Below the pieces are notes generated by a model. It did not search any database. It saw only the letters and a program-made list of their open reading frames with translations, and had not been told where the DNA came from. Shown one piece after another: positions 11,620 to 22,192 of a DNA stretch of 64,000 nt (its first letter is position 1; every line of letters starts with the position of its first letter). The position numbers and the translations under genes were made by a program. Source of the stretch: an uncultured Gemmatimonadaceae bacterium (lineage in GTDB: Bacteria; Gemmatimonadota; Gemmatimonadetes; Gemmatimonadales; Gemmatimonadaceae); the NCBI GenBank assembly GCA_963829055.1, contig CAWHHI010000016.1, positions 32,001 through 96,000 of the forward strand, given 5' to 3'.

Positions 11620-12982
11620 ATGCTCCGCGCCGCAATCGCCGTTGGGTTGTCGGCAGTGCTCATGTGGGCACCATCGCGATTACAGGCGCAGGGTCGCACG
11701 ATACACGGTTCTGTGCTCGCGCCGCAGGCCGACTCCGCGGCGATGGCCCGGTCGGCGTACGGCCGCGCCGTGGCCGCCTATCGGAAGAATGACATTCCCA
11801 CGGCGCGGCTCGAGATGAAACGCGCGGCGGACGCATGGCCAACGCAGGGAGTTTACCTCGAGAACGCGCTCGCGCTCGCGGCGGTGGCGCACGACACGGC
11901 GGATGCGACGCGATGGCTCGAGCGGCTGGCCGATCTTGGACTCGGCAACGCGGTCGCCGGCGATTCGATGTTTCGCGCCTTCACCGGTGCACCGGCGTTC
12001 GACGCCGCGGCCAAGCGACACACCGCCGCGACGGCAGCCGTGGCCAGGAGTCGCGTTAGGCTCACGGTGCCGGATTCGATGCTGCACCCGGAAGGCGTGA
12101 CGTTCGATGCCCGCACGGGTCGGTGGTTCGTGGGGAGCATCCGCCAGCGGCGCGTCGTGGTTGTCGAGAGAGACGGAAACACGCGTGATTTCGTGCAAGC
12201 CGCGTCCGATGGCATTGGCGGCGTGTTCGGTATGGCGGTGGATGACGCGCATCGCACGCTCTGGGTGGCGACGACGTCACTGCCGCGGATGCGGGGGTTC
12301 ACCGCCAGTGACAGTGGACACGTTGGTGTGTACGCCTACGACCTGGACACCGGACGATTGCGTCGAAGCGCGTGGGCGCCGCGTGACTCGTCGACGGCCC
12401 ACACATTCGGCGACCTCGTCGTCGCGCCGAACGGCGACGTGTACGTGTCGGACAGCCAGGCGCCATGGATCTTCAGGCTTCCTGTTGGCGGCGACTCACT
12501 GGTGCGGTTCATGACGCATCCGCTGTTTCGCTCGCTCCAGGGGATGGCGATCACGCCGGACGGAGCGTGCGATGTACGCGGCGGACTATTCGCACGGGCT
12601 TCTGCGCATCGATCTGCGCTCGCGTTCTGCGGTACTGCTTCGTGCGCCGCGACGTGTGACGATGCTCGGCGTGGATGGGTTGTACTTGCATCGCGGTGTT
12701 CTGATCGGGATTCAGAATGGTGTCACGCCAGCCCGTGTCGCGCGGTTCTGTCTCGATGCGGACGGCCGCGGTGTGCGCCGAGTCGATGTGATCGATAGGA
12801 ATCCGGCGTTGGCGGACGAGCCGACGCTGGGTGTGGTGGTGGGCGATTCGCTGTTCTACGTCGCGACGAGTCAGTGGGACAAGTTCGACGACACGGGCGC
12901 GCGAGTCGCGGGCTCGGTGCTGCGTCCCGCGACGGTGCTAGGCGTGGGGCTCGAGACCGCCGATGCCTGTCGTGCGCGGTAG
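11620..12982 (+). CDS. Secreted beta-propeller protein (SMP-30/gluconolactonase/NHL-like) with helical N-terminal domain; frameshift near 12570
   Basis: Signal peptide; blades HPEGVTFD, FGMAVDD, GDLVVAPNGDVYVSDS, LQGMAITPDG, YAADYSHGL, GVDGLY. Confidence 0.75.
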
Positions 12983-13039
12983 TGACGGCAAGGTGACACG
13001 CAGGGTATCACGGGTGCCTGACGCGAGGAGCGCGGACCC

Positions 13040-14437
13040 GTGGTGCCTAACGCAGGCGGCGCTGCCGCCTTTTCGCTTTCATACGTAGCGACCGCACGCG
13101 CCGCCGTGATCGTCGCGTGTCTCGGGCTCGCCGCATGCGGCGCCGACGCGCCAACCGCATCGGCCGGACCGCCCGCCGCGCTCGAGCGCGTCAGCGGCGA
13201 CGGGCAGAGTGCACCGCCTGGCGCTGCCCTCGAGCAACCTCTCGTCGCGCGGCTCGTCGACGCCGACGGGCGTGCCGTGCGCCGCGCTGAAGTGCGATGG
13301 GAAGCGAGCGCCGGTGAGGTCACTCCCGGCGTCTCCACCACGGACGCGAACGGCGACGCGAAAGCCATCTGGCGCCTCGGGACCGAGACTGGCGCCCAGC
13401 GCGCGACGGCGACCGTCGATGGCCTCGACGCCGTCGTCTTCGTGGCGTTCGTGGACGCGAGCGCGCTTCCGGAGCGCGTTCCGCTGCACAGCATCGCGCT
13501 CGTCACCGCTGACGGGTCCGGGCAGGTCGTGCATCCCGACGTCGTTCTGCCGCCCTTCGAGGCGCTCGACGATACGCCGAGACTCGCGATCACGCCGTAT
13601 CCGTGGGGCAATGCGAACTTCGAGAACCCGTCGATTTTCACCGGCGGCCGCGACACGTGGCGTGTACCGTCGGGCCTAACGAATCCCGTGGTCAAGCCGA
13701 ACGGTGGCTACCTGTCGGACCCGGACATCGTCTGGCTCTCCGATCGCCGCGAGTTCTGGCTCTACTACCGGCACGTGGACACCGAGAATGAAATCCTCGT
13801 CACGTCATCGATCGATGGCGTGCGGTGGGGGCCATCACGCGAGGTGGTGCGTGCGCCGAATCACCAGGTGGTGTCGCCGACGGTGGTGCGGCGAACGCCG
13901 ACCGACTGGCTCATGTGGAGCGTGAACTCGGGTTCGGCCGGGTGCTCGAGCCCGAGCACGACCGTGGAGCTGCGCCGCTCCGTCGACGGCACGTCGTGGT
14001 CATCGCCAACGACCGTCACGCTCTCGCAGCCGGGTGTGTTCCCCTGGCATATCGAAGTGCAATGGATCGCGTCGCTTGGGGAATACTGGGCAATGTTCAA
14101 CGGCAAGGTTGCCGGGTCGTGCACGACGGACGCGCTCTACATCGCCACGAGCGCCGACGGTGTCGCGTGGCGAACGTATCGGTCGCCGGTACTTCGTCGA
14201 GGATCGATCCCGGAGCTCGCGGATGTCGTGTACCGCGCGACGTTCGCGTACGAGGCGGACCGCGACCTCGTCTCCATCTGGCACTCGGGCGCGACGTTCA
14301 CGCCGCGCGGCTACGAGTGGCATGCCGCGTACGAGCGACGACGGCGCGATGACCTGTTCGCCTCCGTGGGTCGCGTCGATGCGGCGTTCATTACGGCATC
14401 CACATCGCCGCCGCTCACCAATGCCACCGCGCCGTGA
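13040..14437 (+). CDS. Lipoprotein with Ig-like domain and glycoside-hydrolase-like beta-propeller
   Basis: Lipobox LAAC; VSGDGQSA..TTDANGDA..WRLG Ig motif; repeated S-x-DG-x-x-W boxes (SIDGVRW, SVDGTSW, SADGVAW). Confidence 0.75.
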   Translation: MVPNAGGAAAFSLSYVATARAAVIVACLGLAACGADAPTASAGPPAALERVSGDGQSAPPGAALEQPLVARLVDADGRAVRRAEVRWEASAGEVTPGVSTTDANGDAKAIWRLGTETGAQRATATVDGLDAVVFVAFVDASALPERVPLHSIALVTADGSGQVVHPDVVLPPFEALDDTPRLAITPYPWGNANFENPSIFTGGRDTWRVPSGLTNPVVKPNGGYLSDPDIVWLSDRREFWLYYRHVDTENEILVTSSIDGVRWGPSREVVRAPNHQVVSPTVVRRTPTDWLMWSVNSGSAGCSSPSTTVELRRSVDGTSWSSPTTVTLSQPGVFPWHIEVQWIASLGEYWAMFNGKVAGSCTTDALYIATSADGVAWRTYRSPVLRRGSIPELADVVYRATFAYEADRDLVSIWHSGATFTPRGYEWHAAYERRRRDDLFASVGRVDAAFITASTSPPLTNATAP

Positions 14438-14546
14438 AGCCGTTGCGAACGCATCGTCAACTTGGGTCAGCGCAATACCGCGGCCGGGTTATTGCCCCTG
14501 CGAACTGGTTCGGTATGGTTTAGAACGAGACCAAAGGGGAGAGCGT

Positions 14547-15173
14547 ATGAGTCCGAAGACGAAGGGAAATGGTGGCCGTCAGACCAGCCAGACGAGCCAG
14601 GGGAATGGCGATACTCGCGGCGTGGCTCAGATGGCGCAGCAGGCGGCCGAAGGCACGCTGCTCTACGAGACGAAGAATCCGCTGCCCGCGGAAACGCGCG
14701 CGCGCTCAGTCGATTTACTGAATCGCCGGCTCGCGGACGCCGTCGATCTGCAGTCGCAGACGAAGCAGGCGCACTGGAACGTGAAGGGGCCGAACTTCAT
14801 CGGGCTGCACAAGCTGTTCGACGAGATCTACGAAGACATCGGCGAATACGTCGATCTCATTGCAGAGCGGGTCGTGCAGCTTGGTGGCATCGCTGAGGGA
14901 ACGGTGCGCTTTGCCGGCCAGCGTTCATCGCTGTCCGAGTATCCCTTGGTGCTCTCGACCGGCGAGGAGCACGTCGCCGCGCTGTCTGATGTGCTGGCGC
15001 AGTTCAGCGGAAGGGCGCGTGAGGCGATCGACCAGCTCGAGGAGTTCGAGGACCCCGATAGCATGGACATCCTCACCGAGGTGTCGCGCGGGGTCGAAAA
15101 ATGGCTCTGGTTCGTCGAGGCGCATCAGCAGACTCGCCCGGTGTCGACGGAAGCCGCGCGGTCGCGGCGGTAA
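14547..15173 (+). CDS. dps: DNA starvation/stationary-phase protection protein Dps
   Basis: KQAHWNVKGPNFIGLHKLFDE, DLIAERVVQLGG, KWLWFVEAH; AGGGGAG RBS. Confidence 0.95.
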   Translation: MSPKTKGNGGRQTSQTSQGNGDTRGVAQMAQQAAEGTLLYETKNPLPAETRARSVDLLNRRLADAVDLQSQTKQAHWNVKGPNFIGLHKLFDEIYEDIGEYVDLIAERVVQLGGIAEGTVRFAGQRSSLSEYPLVLSTGEEHVAALSDVLAQFSGRAREAIDQLEEFEDPDSMDILTEVSRGVEKWLWFVEAHQQTRPVSTEAARSRR

Positions 15174-15186
15174 CACTCGATAGAAA

Positions 15187-15225
15187 GCGCGAGGGTGAGT
15201 TGCAGCGTAGTACTCGCCCTCGCGC
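15187..15225 (+). terminator. Stem-loop downstream of dps
   Basis: GCGCGAGGGTGAGT (15187-15200) pairs with ACTCGCCCTCGCGC (15212-15225); no U-tract. Confidence 0.5.
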
Positions 15226-15308
15226 CCGGCGGGGGCGTCGCCTCACGCACGGGAACGATGTGTACTCAGTACGCGTACTTCTGATTGACTGACCAACGGG
15301 AGAGGTCA

Positions 15309-15803
15309 ATGCGCACAGACACGCACAGCATTGTTCGCGAAGGTGCGATCTCCGGGTTCCTCGGCGCTACAGCGGTCGCCGTCTGGTTCTTCGTCGTGGA
15401 CCTCATAGCCGGCCACGCGCTATACACGCCGAGCGTTCTGGGCGAAGGGTTGCTGAGCGTATTTGGGCGGTCGCCGGAGTCCCAGGCGGTGAACATCATC
15501 GCCTACACGATCTTCCACTATGCGGCGTTCACGCTAGTGGGCATCATCGCGGTCATCCTCGTGCATGCCGGCGAGCGAACGGCGTCGGTGCTCGCAGGGT
15601 CGATGATCTTGTTCGTCGCGATCGAGCTCGGGTTCTACGGCCTGGTCGCATTGCTGCAGGAGACTACGCTGGGGAATCTCGCGTGGTATCAGATCCTGGC
15701 TGGCAATCTCCTCGCGGCGGGGGTGATGGGGACGTACCTGTGGCGTTCTCATCCGGCGCTGCGGTCGGGCATTGTCAGCGCGCTCGACGGAACGGCCGAC
15801 TAG
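15309..15803 (+). CDS. Hypothetical integral membrane protein (about 4 TM)
   Basis: Hydrophobic helices; GGAGAGG RBS. Confidence 0.8.
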   Translation: MRTDTHSIVREGAISGFLGATAVAVWFFVVDLIAGHALYTPSVLGEGLLSVFGRSPESQAVNIIAYTIFHYAAFTLVGIIAVILVHAGERTASVLAGSMILFVAIELGFYGLVALLQETTLGNLAWYQILAGNLLAAGVMGTYLWRSHPALRSGIVSALDGTAD

Positions 15804-16090
15804 TGGATTGTGAGTTGGCCGTTGCTAGCCGGCGATGCAGACCGTATTGCCAGAATTGGCAAAGGCGAAGCCTCCTGTGACGGGTGTGAGGCGCCGTGCG
15901 TTTGCCCATGCTGGCAATGAGGCCGGAATCGCCTGCTATCAACAGCTCACCGTCGCTCCGCTAGTACGAGGCCACAATCCGGATGGCGAGTAGACGAACT
16001 GTCTCGCTCGCCGTGCGCCTCCGGGTGGCGGACGCGGGCGTGGAACGCTTTCTGCTTTTCGGGAGAGCGTCGTAAGCCCGGAGTCCTCTC

Positions 16091-16945
16091 ATGCGCTTGA
16101 TCAGGCGCGGGATGCCGCTTGTCTACGCCGTGCTGGTTGCCAGCGCATGCGGCGTCACCGACACTGACGAGCCATCTCCCGTCGAAGCCGTGGTCGTCAC
16201 GCCGCCGACGTTGGATGTCGGCGTCGGGGGCACGGGCGCACTCGACGCCGAAGTGACCGGCGTTGGCGGTGTCGTGCTCCGCGACCATCGGATCTTCTGG
16301 GCGAGCGCGAATCCGGCCATCGCGACCGTGTCGGACAAGGGCGTCGTCACGGGCGTGGCTGCGGGTCGCGTCGACATTGCCGCAAGCGCGGAAGGGAAGT
16401 CCGGCATCGCCAGCGTGACGGTGGTCGCCGCGCCGGCGAGAGTCGCGTCCGTGAAGATCGCTCCGGATGTCGTCAACCTCGTTGTTGCCGGCATGACGAC
16501 GCTGGTCGCGACGCCATACGACAGCCGCGGCGCTCCGCTCTCCGGGCGCACGGTCGTGTGGACGACCAACAACGCCACGGTCGCCGCGGTCTCGCAGACC
16601 GGGCGCGTCACGGCGCTCATCCCCGGTTCGGCCATCATCACCGCGGTGATCGAGGGGTTCGCCGGACACGCCACCGTCAACGTGGCGCTCGTGCCCGTGT
16701 CGAAGGTGATCGTCTCGCCGTCCAACGTCGCTGTCGGTGTGGACAAGACGACTACTTTTACAGCCCGCGTTACGGATGCCGACGACAACACGCTCACGGG
16801 CCGGGCAGTCACATGGTCCGTCGGCGACACGCGCATCGCGACCATCGATCAGGCGGGCGTCGTGCGGGGTGTCCGTCGCGGGTCCACCACGGTGATTGCG
16901 ACGTCCGAGGGGAAATCCGGTACTGCGACGGTGCGCGTGGAATAG
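16091..16945 (+). CDS. Lipoprotein with three bacterial Ig-like (Big_2) repeats
   Basis: Lipobox ASAC; three repeats W.S.N..IATV...G.VTG; SEGKSGTATV. Confidence 0.88.
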   Translation: MRLIRRGMPLVYAVLVASACGVTDTDEPSPVEAVVVTPPTLDVGVGGTGALDAEVTGVGGVVLRDHRIFWASANPAIATVSDKGVVTGVAAGRVDIAASAEGKSGIASVTVVAAPARVASVKIAPDVVNLVVAGMTTLVATPYDSRGAPLSGRTVVWTTNNATVAAVSQTGRVTALIPGSAIITAVIEGFAGHATVNVALVPVSKVIVSPSNVAVGVDKTTTFTARVTDADDNTLTGRAVTWSVGDTRIATIDQAGVVRGVRRGSTTVIATSEGKSGTATVRVE

Positions 16946-17026
16946 TCACTGTCGAGCCCGTGCGGAGCGCCGATGGGTACGGTTCGTGCGAACGGTCTGC
17001 GCACAGCCATTCCCGTGAGGTACACG

Positions 17027-17356
17027 ATGGGTCTGCTCGACAATCTTTTCGACAAAGACAAGGACCACGACAAGGACAAGCCCAAGGCGGACTTCTCGGA
17101 CGTGGTCGCTGGCGGCTCGTCGACCGCGCCGCGCGCCGACGTTCCGAATGTGTCGTCGTCAAGCACCGCCGCGCCTAACGTCACCGACCGGGAGCGCACG
17201 TACACCGTGGTTGCCGGCGATACGCTCTCCAAGATCGCGAAGCACGAATACGGCGACGCGTCCAAGTGGCATCGGATCTACGAAGCGAACAAGGACACGA
17301 TCAAGAACCCGGACCTCATCTATCCGGGACAGACGTTCAAGATTCCTGGCGCCTGA
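17027..17356 (+). CDS. LysM peptidoglycan-binding domain protein
   Basis: YTVVAGDTLSKIAKHEYGDASKWHRIYEANKDTIKNPDLIYPGQ. Confidence 0.93.
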   Translation: MGLLDNLFDKDKDHDKDKPKADFSDVVAGGSSTAPRADVPNVSSSSTAAPNVTDRERTYTVVAGDTLSKIAKHEYGDASKWHRIYEANKDTIKNPDLIYPGQTFKIPGA

Positions 17357-17372
17357 CCGAGGAGAGCACCCT

Positions 17373-17843
17373 ATGCACCTGCAATTTCACGCGCGCTCGA
17401 CGCGCGTCATGGCGGCGACCGCACTGGCCCTCGCCGCCCTCACTGCCTGCTCGAAGGAGCAGAAAACGGCCGACGGTGATGTGACGCCTGGAGCGGCGGC
17501 CACGACGCCTGCTGCGACGACCGTCGCGGTCGCCGACGTCGATGTCGGGAAGGCCGTGTCGAACGCGCGGGTGACCGACAAGACGGACGACTTCAAGCCC
17601 GCCGACACGGTGTACACCTCCGTGCATACGACGGGCAGCGCGTCGGCCGCGACTGTGATGGCGCGCTGGACGTTCGAGGACGGCCAGGTGGTGCAGGAGT
17701 CGAGTCAGGCGATCGCACCCTCGGGCGATGCGTACACGGAGTTCCACATCTCGAAGGCGTCCGGCCTTCCGAAGGGGAAATACAAGGTCGAAGTGTTCCT
17801 CGACAGCAAGTCTGCCGGAACGAAGGACTTCGAGGTGAAGTAG
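17373..17843 (+). CDS. Hypothetical lipoprotein
   Basis: GAGGAG RBS; lipobox LTAC; beta-rich C-terminus GKYKVEVFLD. Confidence 0.8.
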   Translation: MHLQFHARSTRVMAATALALAALTACSKEQKTADGDVTPGAAATTPAATTVAVADVDVGKAVSNARVTDKTDDFKPADTVYTSVHTTGSASAATVMARWTFEDGQVVQESSQAIAPSGDAYTEFHISKASGLPKGKYKVEVFLDSKSAGTKDFEVK

Positions 17844-17881
17844 GGCGGCCGCTTCACAGCGCCATCGTCGTACTCGAGCGC

Positions 17882-18987
17882 CTAACGCCGCCGCCGGTCA
17901 TCACTCGGCGGCGGCTTTCGCTTACCATACGTGACGGTGAGCAGCGCGAGCAGCTGGACCGTATCGGGCCCGTTCCATGCCCGCTCGTATCGCGCTGACG
18001 CCCGACGCCACCACATCGCCGACCGTCGAATCGGGAACGACGATGAACGGTGACGGCGAGCGAAACGTCGTGTAGCCCTCGAGCCGGCGAGCCACGTCGG
18101 CGTCGATTGCAGTCCGACCAGTTGGAACTGCGACGCGCTCGCAGCACGCTCGTGGCCGAGTCGACGAACGCCGTTCCCATCCAGTCGACGGTCGAGACAC
18201 TCAGGGCTGGCTCGAAGTCGAGGCGTAACACGCGCCCGTCGAGCAGTGTCTCGACGCCCCGCACCGCGAAGCAGTGGTGCTCCCAGAACACCGAGTCGGC
18301 AAGCGCCGAAAGGAATAGCAGCGGCACCGAGAACCCATTCGGCGGCGATCGATGACGCCGCCGGGCCGGTATCGTTCGCCCCACCCGCGTCGACGTCTCG
18401 TCCTCGGTGCCTTCGCGTACGTCGCGAGCACTGCCATTGCGATTGAAGTGGATCGTTCGCCGCTTCTGTTTGATACGAAACGGATACGCCTTGCGGAACG
18501 ACTCGTAACGCTCGGCGCTCATTGCGAAGCTGCCCCAGCGCGACGGCCGCCAGTGCTCTGGTCGCGGCGTCGCCGTCCGCGGCGCACTTGCGGCGCGCGC
18601 GAGTGGCCACGTCGGGAGAGCGTACAGGCGACGCGCGAGAGCGTGAACGTCGCAGTGTCGACAGCGCCTCGGTGGCGTCGGCAGGACGCATGAGCTCGCG
18701 ATCCTCGAACTGGAAGCCGAGCTGACGCACACGGAGCCGTAGCCGGCCGCGATCGGGCCAGCGATACGCGCTTCGCCGTCGCAGTTCGTGAACCGGTGCG
18801 AGGACGCGTCGAGGTCGATGATCTCTGCGTTAGGCAACGGTTGCCCGCTCGTGGCTTCCACGACTCGCACGAGCAGAACGGCGCTCTCCGTAACGCTAGC
18901 GGCGTGGCGCGATGCAGTCACGCTCGGATACGGCTCGAGGATGCCAACGCCGACTAATGCGATGACTGCGAACAGCCGTATGGTCAT
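17882..18987 (-). CDS. Secreted protein with carboxypeptidase-regulatory-like N-terminal domain; several frameshifts
   Basis: MTIRLFAVIALVG signal, VRVVEATSGQPLPNAEI..TN.DGEA; later FLSALADSVFWEHHCF..LDFEP..DW.GTAFVDSATSVL; fragments in three frames. Confidence 0.6.
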
Positions 18988-19066
18988 CCGAGCTCCGCTG
19001 GGTAGCGCGACAATATAGTTAGTGTGCCGATTGCAGTCGACTTGGAAACAGCTGGGCGCGCAGAGA

Positions 19067-19403
19067 ACAGCAACTGCAACGGCTTTTTCACGCCGCTGGA
19101 CGCGGGACGACTGCTTCATCAACCATCCGGACGGACCGCTTCGACACGACATCCAGCATCGAGAGTGTGGACGGAAACGGCCGGAAACGACTGAAAGGGC
19201 CTGATCCCATCTCGACCCGGACAGACCGTTGAGCGGCGCGCCCGTTCCCTTTCCGTCACGGCTCGTTGCGCCACCGCGTGTCCTGCGATTGCCCATCCGC
19301 CCGATCCGATGTTTCCGGTCGTTTCCGTCGGCATCCTCTGTTCTGGATGGCTGGTGAAGCAGTCTCCGCGTCCTCTGCGGTGATTGGCCGTTGCAATCGT
19401 TGT
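19067..19403. repeat. Long nested imperfect inverted-repeat element
   Basis: Arms 19067-19091/19380-19403, 19098-19131/19342-19373 and 19170-19188/19311-19329. Confidence 0.75.
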
Positions 19404-19576
19404 CATCTGTCCACGCCCGTCACCGTCGGAATGGGGGAATGGCCGGAAGCAGCCGCGTGCCACCGGTGCCCTTGCTCGCGCGCAGGCCAGTACGCGAACT
19501 TGGCCTGCATGCAGCAATTCCCGAATGCCGGCGACCTCGATGCACGGCTCGTCCGCGAAGTCAGGATGGAAAGGCC

Positions 19577-21020
19577 ATGACCGTCACCACGGCCGCACCC
19601 GCGGGAGCCGTGACGCGTCAACTCGCCGGAGTTTCTCGCCGACGGCGTCGCTACGACGACCTTCCGCCGGACGTCCTCCACGAGACGCTATCGCGCCACG
19701 CTCGACTGGTTCGGGTCGGCGCTGGCCGGATCGCTCGAGCCACCCGCACGTTTCGCCCAGGGCGTCGCGCGCAGTCTCGGCGCGTTCGGACGACGCGACC
19801 ATGTTCGGCGCCGGACGCGCATCGGCCGCCGCTGCCGCGTTCGCGAACGGCGTGGCGTCGCACATCCTCGAGCTCGACGACGTCCACAAAGGGCTCGACG
19901 CTCCACGCCGCCGCGCCGGTCATCCCCGCCGCGTTAGCGGTCGCCGAACGCGAGCGAGCGAGCGGGCGCGCGTTCTCGCTGGCGGTCGCGGTCGGCTACG
20001 ACGCCGCGCTTGCGCATCGGCGAAGCGGTCAATCCGAGTCATTACCGCTACTGGCATCCGACGGGCACCGTGGCGACGTTCGGCGCGGCCGCGGCGGCCG
20101 GCTCGCTGCTCGGGCTCACGCGCCGCGCAGATGCTCGACGCGCTCGGCAGCGCCGGCACGCAGGCGGCGGGGCTGTGGGAGTTCAACGCCGACGGCGCGA
20201 TGAGCAAGCATCTCCATCCCGGCAAGGCGGCGTTCAACGGCGATTCTCGCCGCCGATCTCGCGCGCGCAGGCTTCACCGGCGCAGCACGGATTCTCGAAG
20301 GCGAGCGCGGATTCTTCCGCGCGACCGCGTCCGCGTGCTGACGCGACGCGAATTACGGACGCGCTCGGGCGATCGGTGGAAGATCACGGAGAACTGCTAC
20401 AAGCTGCACTCGTGCTGCGGGCACACGCACACCGCCATCGATGTCGCGCTCGATATCCGCGCCGAGCGCCGGTGGTCGGCGCGTGACGCGCTCGACGCGA
20501 TCGTCGCCGCGTGGACGTCGAGACGTACGGGCCGGGCTACGAGATCGTGAGCGATCCGAACCCGAGCACGCCGTATCGGGCGAAGTTCAGCATCGCGTAC
20601 TGCGTCGCTGCGGCGCTCGCGGAGGGAGCGCGTGAACCTCGAGCAGTTCTGCTCCGAGCGCTTCGGCGACGATGGCGTCGTCGAACCGGCGATCGCCGCG
20701 CTGCTTCCGCGCATTCACGTGAGCGTCGCGCGATGATCTGACCGCGAAGTACCCCGCGACGTGGCCGACGCGCGTTGCGGTCACGCTCGAACGACGGCAC
20801 GACGCTGCGTGGCGCCAGCGACTATCCGCGCGGCAATCCCGAGAATCCCGTGTCCACCGACACGCTCGAGGAGAAGTTCGTCGAGCTCGTCGCGCCGCGG
20901 CTGGGCGATGCGTTCGCGCAGCGTGCGCTGGCGACCGTCCGGTCGCTCCACGATAGCTGCCGGACGTCCGCGACGCTGTTCGCGGAGCTGTTCACGACCA
21001 GCCGTCGGCCTAACGAATGA
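19577..21020 (+). CDS. MmgE/PrpD family protein; multiple frameshifts
   Basis: AAFANGVASHILELDDVH, HAAAPVIPAALAVAE, WHPTGTVATFGAA, KHLHPGKAA, YKLHSCCGHTH, AKFSIAY, PRGNPENP. Confidence 0.88.
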
Positions 21021-22192
21021 GCCGACATCAATCCCGCGCGCACGGCGAGTACCACGAGTATCGGGAGTCCGTTCGCGAGCTGTGCCGAGGCTTCGGCAGC
21101 GACTACTGGCAGCGCATGGAGGCGGACGCGACGTATCCGGAAGCGTTCGTCCGTGCGCTCACCGAGGCCGGCTGGCTCTCGGCGCTCATCCCCACGGAGT
21201 TCGGGGGCGGCGGACTCGGCGTCACCGAAGCGTCGGTGATTCTCGAGGAGATCAACCGGTCCGGCGCGAACTCCGGCGCGTGCCACGCGCAGATGTACAT
21301 CATGGGCACGCTGCTGCGGCACGGATCGGACAGCGCAGAAGCAGCGGTATCTGCCGCGCATCGCGTCCGGTGAGCTGCGCCTGCAGTCGTTCGCGGTCAC
21401 CGAGCCGACGACGGGCACCGACACGACGCGCATCAGCACGTTCGCGCGTCGCGAGGGCGATCGCTACGTCGTGAACGGGCAGAAGGTGTGGATCTCGCGC
21501 GTCCAGCACTCCGATCTCATGCTGCTCCTCGCGCGCACGACGCCGCTGCCGACGTGAAGAAGAAATCGGAGGGGCTGTCGGTCTTTCTCGTCGATCTCGA
21601 GGCGGCAGGGCAGAAGGGGCTGACCGTGCGGCCCGATCCGCAACATGGTGAACCACGAGACGAACGAGGTGTTCTTCGACGAGCTTCGAGATCCCGGCGG
21701 AGAATCTCATCGGCGAGGAGGGGAAGGGGTTTCGCTACATCCTCGACGGCATGAACGCCGAGCGCATTCTCATCGCCGCCGAGTGCATTGGCGACGGCTA
21801 CTGGTTCGTCGATCGCGCGCGGACGTATGCGTCGTCGCGCGTGGTGTTCGACCGACCGATCGGCCAGAACCAGGGCATCCAGTTTCCGATCGCGACGCGC
21901 GTACGCGCACGTCCGCGCGGCTGATCTCATGCGGTACGAGGCGGCGCGTCTGTTCGACGACGGCCAGCCGTGCGGCGCCGAGGCGAACATGGCGAAGATG
22001 CTCGCGGCCGACGCGTCGTGGGAGGCGGCGAACGTGTGTCTGCAGACGCACGGCGGCTTCGGCTTCGCGGCGGAGTACGACGTCGAGCGCAAGTTTCGCG
22101 AGACGCGACTCTATCAGGTCGCGCCGATCTCGACGAATCTGATCCTTTCGTACCTCGGCGAGCATGTGTTAGGCATGCCGAGGTCGTTCTGA
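21017..22192 (+). CDS. Acyl-CoA dehydrogenase (methylsuccinyl-CoA dehydrogenase-like); multiple frameshifts
   Basis: ALIPTEFGGGGLG, FAVTEPTTGTDT, NGQKVWIS, FDRPIGQNQGIQF, QTHGGFGFAAEYDVERKFRE. Confidence 0.9.
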
